Shown here: one piece after another, positions 47,551 through 62,282 of the stretch | Layout of the letters: each line of letters begins with the position of its first letter | Numbering within the stretch: the first letter of the stretch is position 1 | NCBI RefSeq assembly: GCF_009914755.1 | Contig: NC_060942.1 | Direction: 5' to 3' (one strand) | Length of the DNA: 64,000 nucleotides | Origin: the human T2T-CHM13v2.0 reference genome, Homo sapiens | Program-made: the position numbers and the translations under genes | Notes under the pieces: generated by a model | Seen by the model: the letters and a program-made list of their open reading frames with translations, nothing else | The model's database searches: none | Told to the model about the DNA's origin: nothing

Positions 47551-48779
47551 TTTAAAAGGATCGTGTAGCATGCATTTGGATGACTGTCTTCTGAAAGATC
47601 ATGCAGCATATGTTTGGATGGTTGTTTTTTAATTATGTAGCATATATTTGAAATGTCTGTGGAACACTAAAGATCTATTTTCCACCAAATAATTAGATAA
47701 TAAACAGGCTATAATTTTATTAGGTGACCAAATAATGCTAAAATATAAATATTTAATTTCGGCAGCAAAAACACAGACACAAACTACTCATGTTTAGCAG
47801 CTTGAAGTATTTGTTTATGAAGCAGAAAAATGTATGAGCCGGTGAGCAAAATGTATAATTATTCTCCTTATTAAATGGATTTATAAATTGATTGATGAAG
47901 ATAGATCCATCAAAGAGAATTGCTGAAAGGTTGGACTGTTCTGGTCTTGTAATATTACTGTCTATCTTCTAGGGAAGTTTCATATTCTAGGAACTGTTTT
48001 TCAGGATTCTTCACCAATTGAAAGCTGCCACATACAAAAAATGGCAGGTTGAGATAAGGTAACTCAAGGCGGCACCTGGAGAACAGAGGCTGCTGAGGAA
48101 ATCATCGCATCATCAGCTACCAGAGCCTCCGAGAGAGCCCGGCCCTTCTCACCAGAGAGGGGATGGCAGGGCCTGCCTGGACCACCTCCACCTCAGGGAA
48201 GGAGGATAGGAGGGGATGGAGAAAGGGAAAGGTTGAGGAATTGTGACAAAAAGAGTAGAACCAATAACATGAAACTGTCTCAGTGAAACACACAGAGGGG
48301 CTAAAACCCCATTGTTATGTCTTTAAAGTTTATTTAATTAACATGAATTTTGTCCTGTATAATTTTTATAGAAAATATTCAACAAGGAAAAAATAAACAC
48401 CTTTTTTCTAAGTATCGCGTAGCAGATCTTTGTATTAAGTGAAACTATAGGAACAAAAATGTGAAGGTAGAATGCCAAAGGAAAATAAATGGATGCCTTG
48501 GAAGAAAATCCTGTTACACAATCCCACAAGGCAATTACAGAAGGCCCGGGCTGGCTTTGCGCGTTTGTTTGTTTGCCTTGGCTAACACTGCCAGTACACC
48601 AGGAATTCAGGGGGGTTTGGATCACTCTGTGGATTCCATCAGGGTACCCGGAGAGAGGGTTTCTCAGATCTAGAAGTTTTAAAAACAAAAGCTAGAGTAA
48701 AGCTCAATCAGATTATTTGATGGCCTGGAAATTTGTGGACCTTTATAAAGAATATGAGCCTGCAGTTTTATGACACATT

Positions 48780-48950
48780 CAGAATACTTTCACATATGTG
48801 AATTGTCAGTGAGGCATTTGATCATCACTTCACAGTTGGAGAAACTGAGGCACGGCATTGCCAGATGATTTAGCAGAGCTGTGGTTTTAATGACAAAGCT
48901 GGGACTCAAATTCAGATATGATGATGCCCCCAATGCAGTTTTATTTTCAT
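48780..48950 (-). mobile_element. MIR fragment
   Basis: cacagttggagaaactgaggcac...aaagctgggactcaaattcaga. Confidence 0.6.
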
Positions 48951-49917
48951 TACAACTTAATCAATCCACATTCAATTAGAAGTAGCGTGTAGTAAATTTC
49001 AATTTTGTTTTTCTTCTTACTGTCTTTTCTTCCATCCTCAACCACTTTGGAAGTCTATTAGTGTGCACGTTTTTTGAACATCTTGATTTTCTCACTGGTT
49101 AACTGGCAGGAGTTTGCTTTTATCCACCCTCAATTATTTGGAAGCAAAGAAATGGATTTTGACCTTCAGGAATTTTCTAAGGTGTCATGTACAAAAGCCC
49201 CAGGCTGGCACTTTTTTTTTTTTTTTTGTCATTCTCCTCAGAGGTAGAGGTGAAATTAATGTAGCTCCTGGCTATATTAGGTGACTAATGGAAGAAATCA
49301 ATTCAGAAAATAAGATGTGTCTCATTTGTGAATTCCAAAGATAAGAACATAGTCCTTTATGATTAATGTTAGCTAGGTGCAATGCATCATTTCCTGAATG
49401 ACATAAATCACATTTAATTGAAATAAAATGGAATCTCTATCATCCCAGTAAAGCATAAAGATATCAATATGTTCCTGTTTTAACAGAAAAAAAATCAATT
49501 TCCATTTGTATAGATATTTCCCAATTACAGTAATAATTACTATATATGAATGAATCTGGGGAGACTCTTTTTAACTAATAAGACAATGTGATGAGGTGAT
49601 GAAGAAAGGAGCTAGAGAAGTATGTGGGGAGATCTCTGGAGGGCCTTCCCTGTGTGAGGGAAAAAGCATGGGTTCAGTTTCCAGATGCTGAGAGGGAGAT
49701 GCTTCTAAGGGCGTCATTAGACATGCATTGGAAATACCGACCCAGAGCTCAGAATCAAAATCTCAGCAGGAGACACAAAGTCGCAACACTCTGGGTATTA
49801 GTCATTGTGGTTACAGGTGTGTATGAGTTTGCTTAGGAAAAGAGTCATATAAGAAAAGGTGGCTTGGAACCGAAACTGGAACACCAATGTTCAAAGAACT
49901 GACTGAGAAGGACATTC

Positions 49918-50430
49918 TACCATAAGACACATGCACACGTATGTTTATTGCAGCACTATTTACAATAGCAAAGACTTGGAACCAACCCAAATGCCCATCA
50001 ATGATAGACTGGATAAAGAAAATGTGGCACATAACACCATGGAATACTGTGCAGCCATAAAAAAGAAGGAATTCATGCCCTTTGCAAGGACATGGATGAA
50101 GCTGGAACCCATCATTCTCAGCAAACTAACACAGGAACAGAAAACCAAACACTGCATGTTCTCGCTCATAAGTGGGAGCTGAACAACGAGAACACATGGA
50201 CACAGGGAGGGAAAAATCACACACCAGGGCCTGTTGGGCGGTGAAAGGCAAAGGGAGGGAGAGCATTAGGACAAATACCTAATGCATGCGAGGTTTAAAA
50301 CCTAAATGACGGGTTGATAGGTACAGCAAACTACCATGGCACATGTTTACCTGTGTAACAAACCTGCATGTTTTGCATATGTTTCTGAGAACTTAAAGTA
50401 AAATAAAAAATAAAAATAAAAAAATAAAAG
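49918..50430 (+). mobile_element. 5'-truncated L1PA8-like 3' end
   Basis: ORF2 tail KLEPIILSKLTQEQKTKHCMFSLISGS; gcattaggacaaatacctaatgcatg; A-rich tail. Confidence 0.9.
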
Positions 50431-50434
50431 TGAG

Positions 50435-50807
<373 letters not shown>

Positions 50808-50867
50808 CTATCTAGCTTTATCTAATCAGAGTCAAACCTGATGTCAATGGAGAATAAGGAATGCCCA

Positions 50868-50870
<3 letters not shown>

Positions 50871-50899
<29 letters not shown>
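50871..50899. repeat. (GA)n microsatellite
   Basis: Direct reading. Confidence 0.95.
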
Positions 50900-50901
<2 letters not shown>

Positions 50902-52199
50902 GGAGGAGAAGGGGAGGCAGAGGGAATACAGTGTCAAAAGGAGGAGAGCGTTCAGCTGTGCTGAAGATGATGAAAAAGCCAAGTCAGAAAGTCACCCACT
51001 GACTTTGTGGAACCAGGTGTTATTTGGGCCCATGGAAGCAGCAGATTCAGTTGAGTAGAGGTGCAGAGCCAGAGGAGATGGAAGTGAGACCACGAACTGT
51101 TACATAAGAGTATTTCTTTAAAAAGGTTGGACTCTGATTAGATGAAACTAGATAGTGTGATCCTTATAATCTCCCAATAGAATTATTCTTGTTTCATTTC
51201 ATTTTTAACATAGGAGAAACTAAATCACATTTCTATAGGGATGGGAAGACTAAATAGGGAGAGAAAAGCTGAAAATAGAAAGTAAAAATAATCAGTAGAG
51301 TAAGTTTATTAAGAAAGCATGAATAGAGTTATTCCTAGAGGAGGTATTGTTTTCCATTGTTTACCAATAGAAGCAGCACAATAGATGGGGAGAAGATGGG
51401 TGCCAAATATTTAGATTTATTTATACATGCAGGAAATTTGACAGAACTTCTATCTAATAAGTTCTTTTTTCATGTTAAGTAACAAGAGCAGTGATCTACT
51501 GAGATTCAAGGTGGAGGAGGGAAGGTTAGAGGTTAGAAAGTTTTTAACAGTTGAAATGACTATTTCAGAGAGTGAGAGAGCAAACCAACCAGAGACAGCT
51601 AGACAAGCCAGGCAGTTTTGAGGGCGTCTGTCCTTTTTAGTGCCTATGAATTATACAGGTGTCAATTTGCCAGGTGGTGTAAATATAAACCCAATGTTCC
51701 CTATAAGAAAAATTTTAATTACTAAGGGAAGCAGAAGTTAGCAAAAGTTCATGACCTGGGGCTGAAGAAGGAATTTTGGAATTTGATAAAGTTGGCTAAA
51801 AGAAAAAAAAAATCTGACAAATTGAAATAAGTTCAAAGTTAAATCATTTTTGCGTTACTGACAAAACAACATGAATGAAAATAAAGGCCAGTTCTCAAGT
51901 TGTAAGAAAATCCAGAAACAAAAGGAAATAGCAGTTCCTAACACCATACTGGTGCTGGGGACCAAAATCCAATTTACCGCATGGTGGAAGAGCTTGTGTT
52001 TAATAGATATAAACGGACATTTATATAGCCAGATGAAAGTATAAGTAAGCACCGTCCTCCTCCACTTGACATTAACCTGGACTCTTCCAATCACTTGCTT
52101 TCTCTATCCATGCCCTTTAAGATCTCTGGCTGGGCAGGAATGGGAGGCTCTATATAGAATTCTGCCACCTAACAAATTATACCCCCACCTACTCTGCCC

Positions 52200-53200
52200 C
52201 TTCCTCAGATACTTTAAACTCAATTTCAAACATCGTATCATTTTGTCCTTGAATATTACTGTTGTATCTTCAAAAAATAAGGACTCAAATAAACAAGCAA
52301 AATATTATTATCCTTCCAAAATTAATATTAACTCATTCCATAATCCTGCTAAATATCCAGGCAGTATATAAATTTTTCCAAGTGGAAAAATTAATTTTAT
52401 ATTGTTCGCTTGGGTCAACAGCCAAATAAAGATAATTATCTGATGTCTTTTTTCAAACCATAGTAACACCTCTTTTTTTCTGTTTTACTTCGTTTTGTTT
52501 TGCAATTGCTCACAACTTATGTGTTGAAGAAACCAGATTGTTCTGTAGAATTTCCATCAGCCTGGACTCTACTCATTGCATCACTGTGGTGTTACCTAAA
52601 ACATTTCCCTTCTTTCTGTATTTCCAGTAAATTGGTAGATTGGAACAAACACTTGGTCAGATTCAGGTTGGATTCTTTGGCAATGATACTTCATAGATAG
52701 CATAGTGTACATCCACTGGGTACACAAAATGTTTAGTTGTTTTCCTTTTCATGAAGTTAGGTGGTATTGACAATCTTTGCGTGGATTTATTAATTTCATT
52801 AGTGGACTGCAAATAAGTGATATTCCAATTTCTTCTTCATTGTTATGTAGAATCATCCCATACAGAGAAATCCCTACTCATGAACCATTTAATTGCACTA
52901 AGTTACAATTTACATAGAAAAAAAGTGATGTGCTTTAACCAACTACAATCATAATCCTTACCGACGGTCCATTGACATGACCTTGGCGGTACTGACCCTG
53001 ATAGCCATTGATAGCTCTGATTCCTGGAACAACAACCCGTTCCAGGCTCATTCTGTACATTTTCTCCCAAGTCCTGGAATTTATAATTTTTTAAAGATCT
53101 CCTGGCCCCTTTATGTGGGAAATATTTAAAGACTACAATCTGGGCACTGGGAGTTTATAAATTTTTGACCAATGTGCCTGTTTAATTGATGTTTTTCTAA
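52200..53200 (-). mobile_element. L1MC4/5-like 3' region
   Basis: ttgaagaaaccagattgttctgtagaatt; ttccaggctcattctgtacatttt; acaatctgggcact. Confidence 0.65.
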
Positions 53201-54754
53201 AGATTTTAACCACCTTTGATTTTTTTCCTTCTTTTTGCCCTTCATTGTGACAGTATGACAGCTCTTCCAAAAGCGCACAGATATTTTCTTTCACTCGGGA
53301 ACCAGTGATGCAGTCAGTCTGACCCACTGAGAAGGTTCAAGGAAGCTGTCACATGGCACCAAAGCACTATTGCAACTTTTAGAATAAAATTCCCCAGCTG
53401 TGTTTCTGAAGTAGCGCTGTCCTCTTCAGTCATCCTGTGCCTGTTGGGTGAGGGTTAGGAGTAATAATTGGCAGTGACTGCTGCTCTGCTCATGCCCTCA
53501 GTCACCTTTTCATACAACTGTAGGCTACTCTAAACTGCCAGGAGGTGCTGGGTTGGTGGGAGGCTAGCAAGCCCTCCCTGGGACTCTACTTCCCAACTCC
53601 CCCCGCAGTCCTGAGCCCAATTGGCAGAGAGGTAACCAGGCATCATCACATCAGCCTAATCAAGAGTTTTAAACATACTTAAAAGGGTTTGACTTCCAGA
53701 TTCTTGGGCAAGATTTCATCAGTAGTAACAGAGCCATTCTGGCTTGAGTGAAACTCTAGCCACGTCACAACAATTAATCTTTATGGTTCAGAGGACAAGA
53801 AAACTTTTACTCTCCTGAAGGTTTGCAGAAGAAAGACAACGTGTGGGTTGAAGATACTAATAATCCTTTAAAAGTAGCTACAATGAATACCTCACCCTTA
53901 TTATCCCTCCCAGAAATAAAAAACTGAAATAAAATGACTGAAATTTGTTTATTTAAAAAGAAAACTCCCTCATTTCAGTCATTTATTTCTGGGAGTTTCT
54001 TTCATGCTTCTTTTGATGAATAATTCAGTGTATTTCTTGACAGTAGATTAATATATAAGTTTGTTTGAGAGACGTTTGTATAAAAGAGTGATTGAGCCAT
54101 AAAAATCATTTAATTATTTTAATATAAAGTTAAAAGTTTAAATTGGAAGACATAGCCTACATTTATCTGCCCTCACCGAGAGCTTATTTCTCAGCCATTA
54201 GAACCCATATCTCGAGTGAAACTGTGTTTCTTGTTACCTCTGGCAGATGAATGCCCATTCCATTGGATACTCCTTAGTTCTTATTCTCCTCACCTGTCCA
54301 TGACTGATGAGACTTAACCCTTCATCCTTTCTTGAGTCTCTTTTAGAATTAGCAACCCCACAGTTTTCTGAGTCTTTCTACGTCATCTACATAATAATCT
54401 TCTTCCTTGCATATATATCCCATTTCTACCCCTCAAGTCTCAGTGTTCACCCATGTCTTCATCTTTGGTCTTTCTTTTCTTCTGTATCTCAAAGATAATG
54501 AGTCACCTTTGACTATACAGGCCTGTCTTCTCTGTTCCCTGTAGCACTAAATGACTGGGCACCATACCTGGCTGTTCACCCAGAAAGTGGCAGTCTCCTG
54601 GTTTCCCTCCTCTTCCTGAAACTCCTTTTAACTCCTCTTTTTATATTTATCCCCACTGCCCTTGGGAAAAATCGTGTTTTTCCCACCATGTCTGGATTTA
54701 CTGCAACAGCTTCCTTACGAGTTCCTCAGCCTCTCACCCTGCCAACCTAATCAA

Positions 54755-54947
54755 GGCCATCCAATAATAGCCACTATCATGCCTGGCTCTTTAAGTTTTT
54801 ATTAAGTGAAATTAAAATTTCAGCTCCTAAGCCACATGAACCACACTTCAAGTGCCCCGTAGCCACACGTGGTAAATGGCTACTGCATTGGACACTGCAC
54901 ATTTATGACATTTTCATCATCACAGAAATTTCTATTAGGTAGCACTG
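54755..54947 (-). mobile_element. MER3 (hAT-Charlie)
   Basis: cttcaagtgccccgtagccacacgtgg...cattttcatcatcacagaaatttctatt. Confidence 0.75.
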
Positions 54948-57056
54948 TTTCAATTACTTATAAAATTTTAATTTATGCTCCACAGCTAACTAAATAAAAT
55001 TTCCTTCCTCATTATCTAACACCTAGAGATCTCTCAAAGCCATTTCAGCCTGCAGAAAGCCTTCCCTACCCCTGGGAGGAACACATGGGCTTCTCTTTAT
55101 CACGGGCCTAATTAAAAGTGCAACAAACATTTGTCTATTTCTTCCACAAGGGCGTAACCTTGAGGACAAGAATTAAGCTGGTATCTCCAGGTGGTGGTAC
55201 ATGCATCTAATCTTCTATTCATGAATTCCACAAACATTTATTGAGCATTCCTAAGTACCGTACAGCGCTAGGTATACAATAAGTTAAAACTCTCAAGTGT
55301 TTACATGCTACTTCATGTCCCATAAGTGTTTGTTGACTCCATAAGTAAACCTTGAATATGATTCCAGAGGGTCAACATCATGTAAATCAACTGACATATT
55401 TGCCGAAGTAATATGTTTGGCAGTCCTGTCATAAATAGACTGTTAGATTATACTAACCATAAGTTTACCAGATAGAGATTTCTTTGCTTTCATTTTCTGA
55501 AAGAGCAGATTTTGAGGGGAATGCTCATTCAGTTGACTATAATCTTCAGGAATGTAAAGTCTATCTTCCTCTTGCCCAAAATTGTATCCCACACCTAGCA
55601 AAGTACCAAGAAGGTAACAGGTCTTCAATAAACCAAGCTGAGTAAATGTTAAATGCACACAGTTAACAGTTCTGTTTCCTGAGTTCTTTAATCATAAATC
55701 AAAAATATCCCTGAAAAGTTTTTCTCCTGATGGAAGCCAGATATCCTAAAAGTTTTGTTTTTGAAATTAAAAGCATTTATTTGGTATTTGAAAAAGACAG
55801 AACTTTGGGGAAAATTTGAAAGAAAAATTGTATGTGAACAAAGTAAAAATAAAATGCACTTTTGTTAAATTTATTAGAATCCCTGTGTGGGAAAAAATGC
55901 CAATTACGTTATCTATTTTATTAAAATTGGATCGTTTTCACTATAATATTCTTCTTTTGTTATGTACCCTTGGAGAAAAGAACAAACTATAATAGTATCA
56001 ATAGTTGAATAGTGATAAGGAAGAGACATAAAGCAGGCCGAATTGCATGATGCCTCCCTGTAGACTCATTTGAGGGACATGCAGAGAGTGTTCCCATCAA
56101 TTTAAAAGATTTCAAGGGATGAAAATTTGATAGAAGATTATTGAACAAGTGTCCTATATCATTGCTTTAAGTATTAATTCTCATAAAAGAGTTGAAAGCA
56201 TGTGCTTTAAACTGAAAAGCTTCATTGGTCATAACTGACAACATAAAACTGAATACATTGTTTAAATGATAAATCCAGTCCACTGAGACATCCAAAACTC
56301 AATTTTTCCAGTGGAACTTACAAACTTCAAATGATTTTTTTTTTTACTTAATTTAAAATAATCTAAAAATAAATTTTTCTTCCATTTGATTGAAATAGCG
56401 AATCATTAAATTTTATATCATAGTGTTACATCTTATTCATTAATCATAAACAAAGATTTATGACATTATCAACGTCATTAATATGACAAGTTCTAAATGT
56501 TACTGGAATATGATAGGCTCTTAAGTTATTTAAGCATCTTTATGTTGTCTATAGAATCTCAACTTTTCTTTGTATTTTTCTGTGCTTTGTTGGTTTCAAA
56601 TGATTCCACTCTTATTTACTGTCTACCATTTCTTCAATATTTAGACCAAACACTATTTCTTTGGCAAACTTTCACAATGTTTTGAAATTTATAAACTAGG
56701 GGAGTCAACAAGAATGTGAGAAATTTATTGTTACTTGGCCTGTGTCCAAACCTCTTTACTACTGCATTCTGTTCAAGTATGGCAGACTATGTTAGCAAAT
56801 AATGAATTCAGAAAAAAACTGCATGGACCATATAGTTTCAATTGATTTAGTTCCAAAATAATGCCTTAAAATTATTATTAAAATCAAAAGTATATGACAG
56901 AATATAAGCAAATTAATTTTTTCTTTTTTAATTAAATAAAAGGAAAACAATCTGTTAAAATATGCAGTTGTACATATGGTTACCAAAATCTATGATCAAG
57001 TTGCTTTTTGTCAAATATACACACAGATATAGATACAGGTACAGGAAAATGCGCGT

Positions 57057-57057
<1 letters not shown>

Positions 57058-57089
<32 letters not shown>
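57058..57089. repeat. (CA)n microsatellite
   Basis: Direct reading. Confidence 0.95.
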
Positions 57090-57091
<2 letters not shown>

Positions 57092-57192
57092 ATTAGGAAC
57101 ATGAAAATATATCTGTCTCTGCTTCCCAAACTAGGCTTCCCATAATCTTGGGATCTACAATGCTGCATCATTCCATGTTATGTAAATCAGTG

Positions 57193-57485
57193 TACTATTT
57201 ATGTCAATGCAAATATACCACAAAGTAGAATGTAATATTTTCCCATACTCCCTTGCACTTAGCAATTACCTGACAAATATTCAAGAGTTATCAATTAGTC
57301 AAATAATTCAATTTAAGGGAAAATATTTGGAGCTGGCTACTATTTATGTCAATGCAAATACACCACAGAGTAGAATGTAATCTTTTCCCATACTCCCTTG
57401 CACTTAGCAATTACCTGACAAATATTCAAGAGTTACCAATTAGTTGAATAATTCAATTTAAGGGAAAATATTTGGAGCTGGCTAC
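57193..57485. repeat. 145-bp head-to-tail tandem duplication (2 copies)
   Basis: Copies start at 57193 and 57338; 6 mismatches by manual alignment. Confidence 0.95.
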
Positions 57486-57989
57486 AAGCCAGATTATAGC
57501 TTAGATATGAAAGCACTAAGTCACATCTGCCTTTAAAAATATTTTAAGAGAGTTTAAGAGACATCATGGTGTTTGACTCATTCTATGTGACTATTTCACC
57601 TTCATTTACTGAGCAACACTTTCCCAAAAAACAATTATCTCCAAATTACATATACCGGTCTCACTTTCAAAGGTTTACGCTGTGAAAGAATACGTTACAA
57701 ATCTAGAATCACAATAAAGAGCTCACATACACCATAAAAATTACAACTGGAAATATTGGTATATCAAAGGAAAATAAACCCCTCCATTTTATCAACTGAA
57801 CTATTCTCAAAATGGCAAAAGCAAGTGACTAGAAGTATAAATCCTACTCAGCAAATTTATTAGGTAAAATAAAATGATAATGCAAAGTAAAATGAAGACT
57901 CATTGTTTGGTAGAGTTGAACGAGTTACTAGTGAGAATTCAAGATAGGGCAATTGCTACTAAAATGTTTACCAGCATTTAACAATAACA

Positions 57990-58210
57990 AACTTTCATGT
58001 AGTAATTAACATGTGTGAGCCTTCTTTTAAGTACATATATCTCTTCATTTCATCTTCACAGTAATTATCTCAGTGAGTACCATTACCATCCCATTTTACA
58101 GAGAAGGAAAATTAGACAGAAAAATGCAAGATAACTTTTGTAAAGCTGAGCTAGAATTTAAATTCAGTAGCTGTGGGTGCAGAATCTGAGGGCCTAATCT
58201 TTATACTATT
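57990..58210 (-). mobile_element. MIR
   Basis: tcttcacagtaa...accatcccattttacagagaaggaaaattagacaga. Confidence 0.7.
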
Positions 58211-60118
58211 CATCCCCTTTATCAGCAAGAAACATCTACTAATATAAGAAAAGATATTGTCTACCCACATTTATATCACACATATTTGCTTAAATTACTT
58301 TACAATTACAACTTGCTTTTGAATTTTTAAAAATGTGTAAGTTGTATTATGTACATTTGTATGGAAACTCTAGTAAATAGAGTATCACATAATTTAATAG
58401 GTCAATGTTGGTTTGGGATTCAACTTCCATATATGAGGGAACAAAGACAAACAGCTCTGTGGCTTCACTGAAGTCATTAAGAAATAGCATTAGAAATGGG
58501 ACTCAAATCCCCTGGTAGCCAATGCACAGTCTTATATTATTTTTCCATATGAGCAGTTAACATAGAAGCCCTCGAATTTCCTTATGCTATTCCACTGGTT
58601 GACCTAGGACTGCCTTATTTATCTCAGAAGGTTTAGCACAAATAAACTGAGGAAATATATAAGTTATAAACTTGCAATGCAATTGTGAAGTAGTATTGTC
58701 ATTCTCATTATTGATGTTATAAAAGAACCCTGGACAATACACAAAAAGGAAGAGTGTCTCTCTCTCTCTCTCTCTCTCTTATCTAGATGAACTGAAAAGA
58801 CACGGCATTGCAAAGAACAAGATATTTTTCTGAACATTTAAAAATAAATGTGTTAAATATTAGAAAATAGGGCCATTGTAAACCTGTACGAATATATTGG
58901 CTAGGTGCCTGAGACAAGCCCTCTTTCTAGCACGGCAGTGTTTAATGAACACAGCGTCGGTACCTTCTGCCATACTTTTCTCACTATACTTCATTCTTTT
59001 TAAAATATTTGTTTTGTGTCTTTGTGAATATCCTTTTTTAATTCTTCTACCTGTCTGATCCAAGGTAAAACTTGGCAAAATATCCAATATGTCAGTTTTT
59101 CTTGATGTGAGTAATCATGCTGGCTCAGAGACAACCACAAAACCACATGCGATAAGAGGCCTCTCTTTACACAGCAGCATCTCCTTGTAAAATGGAAAAA
59201 GAAACATGAATATTTCACCCATCACTAGGCGCTTCTACCGAGAGCTCATCTATCACCTCTTGGCAGCAACGTTTGACCATTCGTGTCTTTTGGGATCACT
59301 GCTGACTGATTTTTGAGTAATTCTACATCTGGCCTCAATGAGGCATTTACTAGGAAATACATTCAATAAGATGACATACATATTTGCTGAAATCTTGCAC
59401 CATTAATTGAATTGCAAAGTGAAAAAATACAACTAAAACTGTGTATTTTCATTAGATAATTATCCACTATTTGTAACAGCCTTGTTCATTTTTCTTGTGA
59501 CTTATTTTCCTGGTTTTCTCCCCCATGGGCCAGATGTCAAGATGCTACTGTCTCAAATGACTCAGATATCCTTTGCTGATTTGTGCTTGACTGGGTTTTT
59601 CTTTGCTTACGCCATGCTCATTTTACAGATGAAAGGAGGGGAGTGTGATGCCTATGAGTACAAAGCGACCCTAACGCAGGGAATTCATTGCTGCAAATGA
59701 ACCTTCATAAATCTGATACAGTAATGGGGTGACACTTCCTTCAGATACCAAAACACAAAGAAAACAAATTATCTCAAGGTAATATAGAAAGCAACACAGC
59801 TTTAAATTATTTATCCTATATTGCTAAATGTCAATACAATTCAATGAATGAAAATGTTCAGTTTTGATAAAAATTACAAATAGCATTCACATCTTAGATC
59901 ATTTTACATCTCACAACCCCAAAGCCTCTACAAAGCAACTAACTTTAATCAATACAGCCATTGTAACCACTAGTGGCAAGACTCAACATTTAATTCTACA
60001 AGTTGATTAGCATGATCAATGTGACTGTCTCTTTTGTGAGATGATTCTTGTCTTACTTGAGGATCCTATTTGATTGTGGGGTGGAGAATGGATTAAAATG
60101 TAAAGGTTCAAGTTTTAG

Positions 60119-60452
<334 letters not shown>

Positions 60453-60759
60453 AGATTATAGTCATTTCTGAAATAATAGTCAAATTAAGTGTCCAAAGTT
60501 TATTACCAAGGTGCTTTCCCTTTTCAAATACTTGCCCTTCCCTCTCTGCCCACCCCACCCCAATGAGACCAAACATTCTGGGCCTAAGACATAGCCACTT
60601 CCTGGCACCTGGCACAGGAGACAGCTATAGGGTCTCCTGTGGGATCAGCTCAACCCCCACAACCACAGCACCTCTATACAGTGACAAGTTTACATACTCT
60701 CAGTGAAATGGTGCACGATGCTTCGTCTGCTGTGACTCTCATCCTGTCCTGGGTCTTTC

Positions 60760-61208
60760 TGGTTATATAGTTCTGTGTAATAAACCACCCTAAACTTAGT
60801 GTTGTAAGGTGACAACTATTGTACTATGCTCATGGATTCTGTGGGCCAGAAATTTAGAGAGTTTTGTTCCAACTCCATGATGCCTAAGGCTTCACGAGGC
60901 TCATGATTTTAGGATCACTCCGGGAGCGTCAAACAACTGCCGACTGTTCTCACCTGGAAGCGTTTTTGCTCACATCTGGTTCCTGAGCTGGGTGAGGTGC
61001 AGTAAAGCCTCGGCATGTCCAGGACTCTTGATCATGGGGCCTGGGGGTGTCTGCAGAGTCAAGTGCTCCAAAAGAACCTGGAGGAAGCTGCAGGGCCTTT
61101 TATGACCTGGCCAAAAAAGTCACAGTACCATGTCCATGACATATTATTGGTTACAAGTGAGTCACTTATGCCAGTCAAGGTTCAGAGGAGAGGAATTAGA
61201 CTCTATCA
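60760..61208 (-). mobile_element. MLT1F-like LTR
   Basis: ctgtgtaataaaccaccctaaacttagtg...gccttttatgacctggcc...ggaattagactc. Confidence 0.7.
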
Positions 61209-61936
61209 GTCTCTGTGGAGCAAACAAGGTCACCTCACACTTAGAACATGTGGGAGGGAAGGTACCCGTGTCTGGAAAAACACAACCTCATGTGTCCCTC
61301 GTGGGCATGTCACCTATCCCTGAAGTTCATGGCTGGTGATGGTCTGGGTCAATCAAAGGCAGAGTTCTGCCCTATTGCAGCCACTTGACCTGTATATGAT
61401 TCCTATGTGTTGGATAGGACACTGTAAAGTCAGTATTTATGTTTTAATGTTGATTTCAGATATGTAACTGTCAGATTTCCACCATCCATTGAGTATAGAT
61501 TCAATTCATTATTCTTTCCTTTTTGTGCTACACCTGCTTCTACCTAAAACCATTTTGTTCTGGAAGACACACATATAGAATATTTACAATGAGAAAACAA
61601 GACAATATCACAGAACTATTAAGGAGAGTAATCTACAACAATTGCATGAGACTAAACATTCAGAGCCTCAGGCACAGCCACTGTCTGGCACCTGGGAAAG
61701 ATGATACACCTGAAGTTCCTCTCATGGGATCAGCTCACCCCCACCACCCACCCACAAAACTAACCCCATTGTGGGTCTACAGCCTCAGTCCAGTTGACTT
61801 TCTCATTCCCTCTGGGACATACGGAAAATTAAGGATTGCTTTCTGCCGCTGATAGCTACAGGATTTTCCCTAAGTGTTGGAGGTTTTCACCCTTTTCCTA
61901 ATCACTTTTCTCAGCCATTTCTAAAGGACTGCTTAA

Positions 61937-62282
<346 letters not shown>

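Noticed and set aside
57193-57485. Tandem and short repeats as CRISPR-like arrays or nucleosome-length units
   Set aside because: Only two contiguous copies, no spacers and no cas genes in a primate context. Similarity of 145 bp to nucleosome length is unsupported coincidence.
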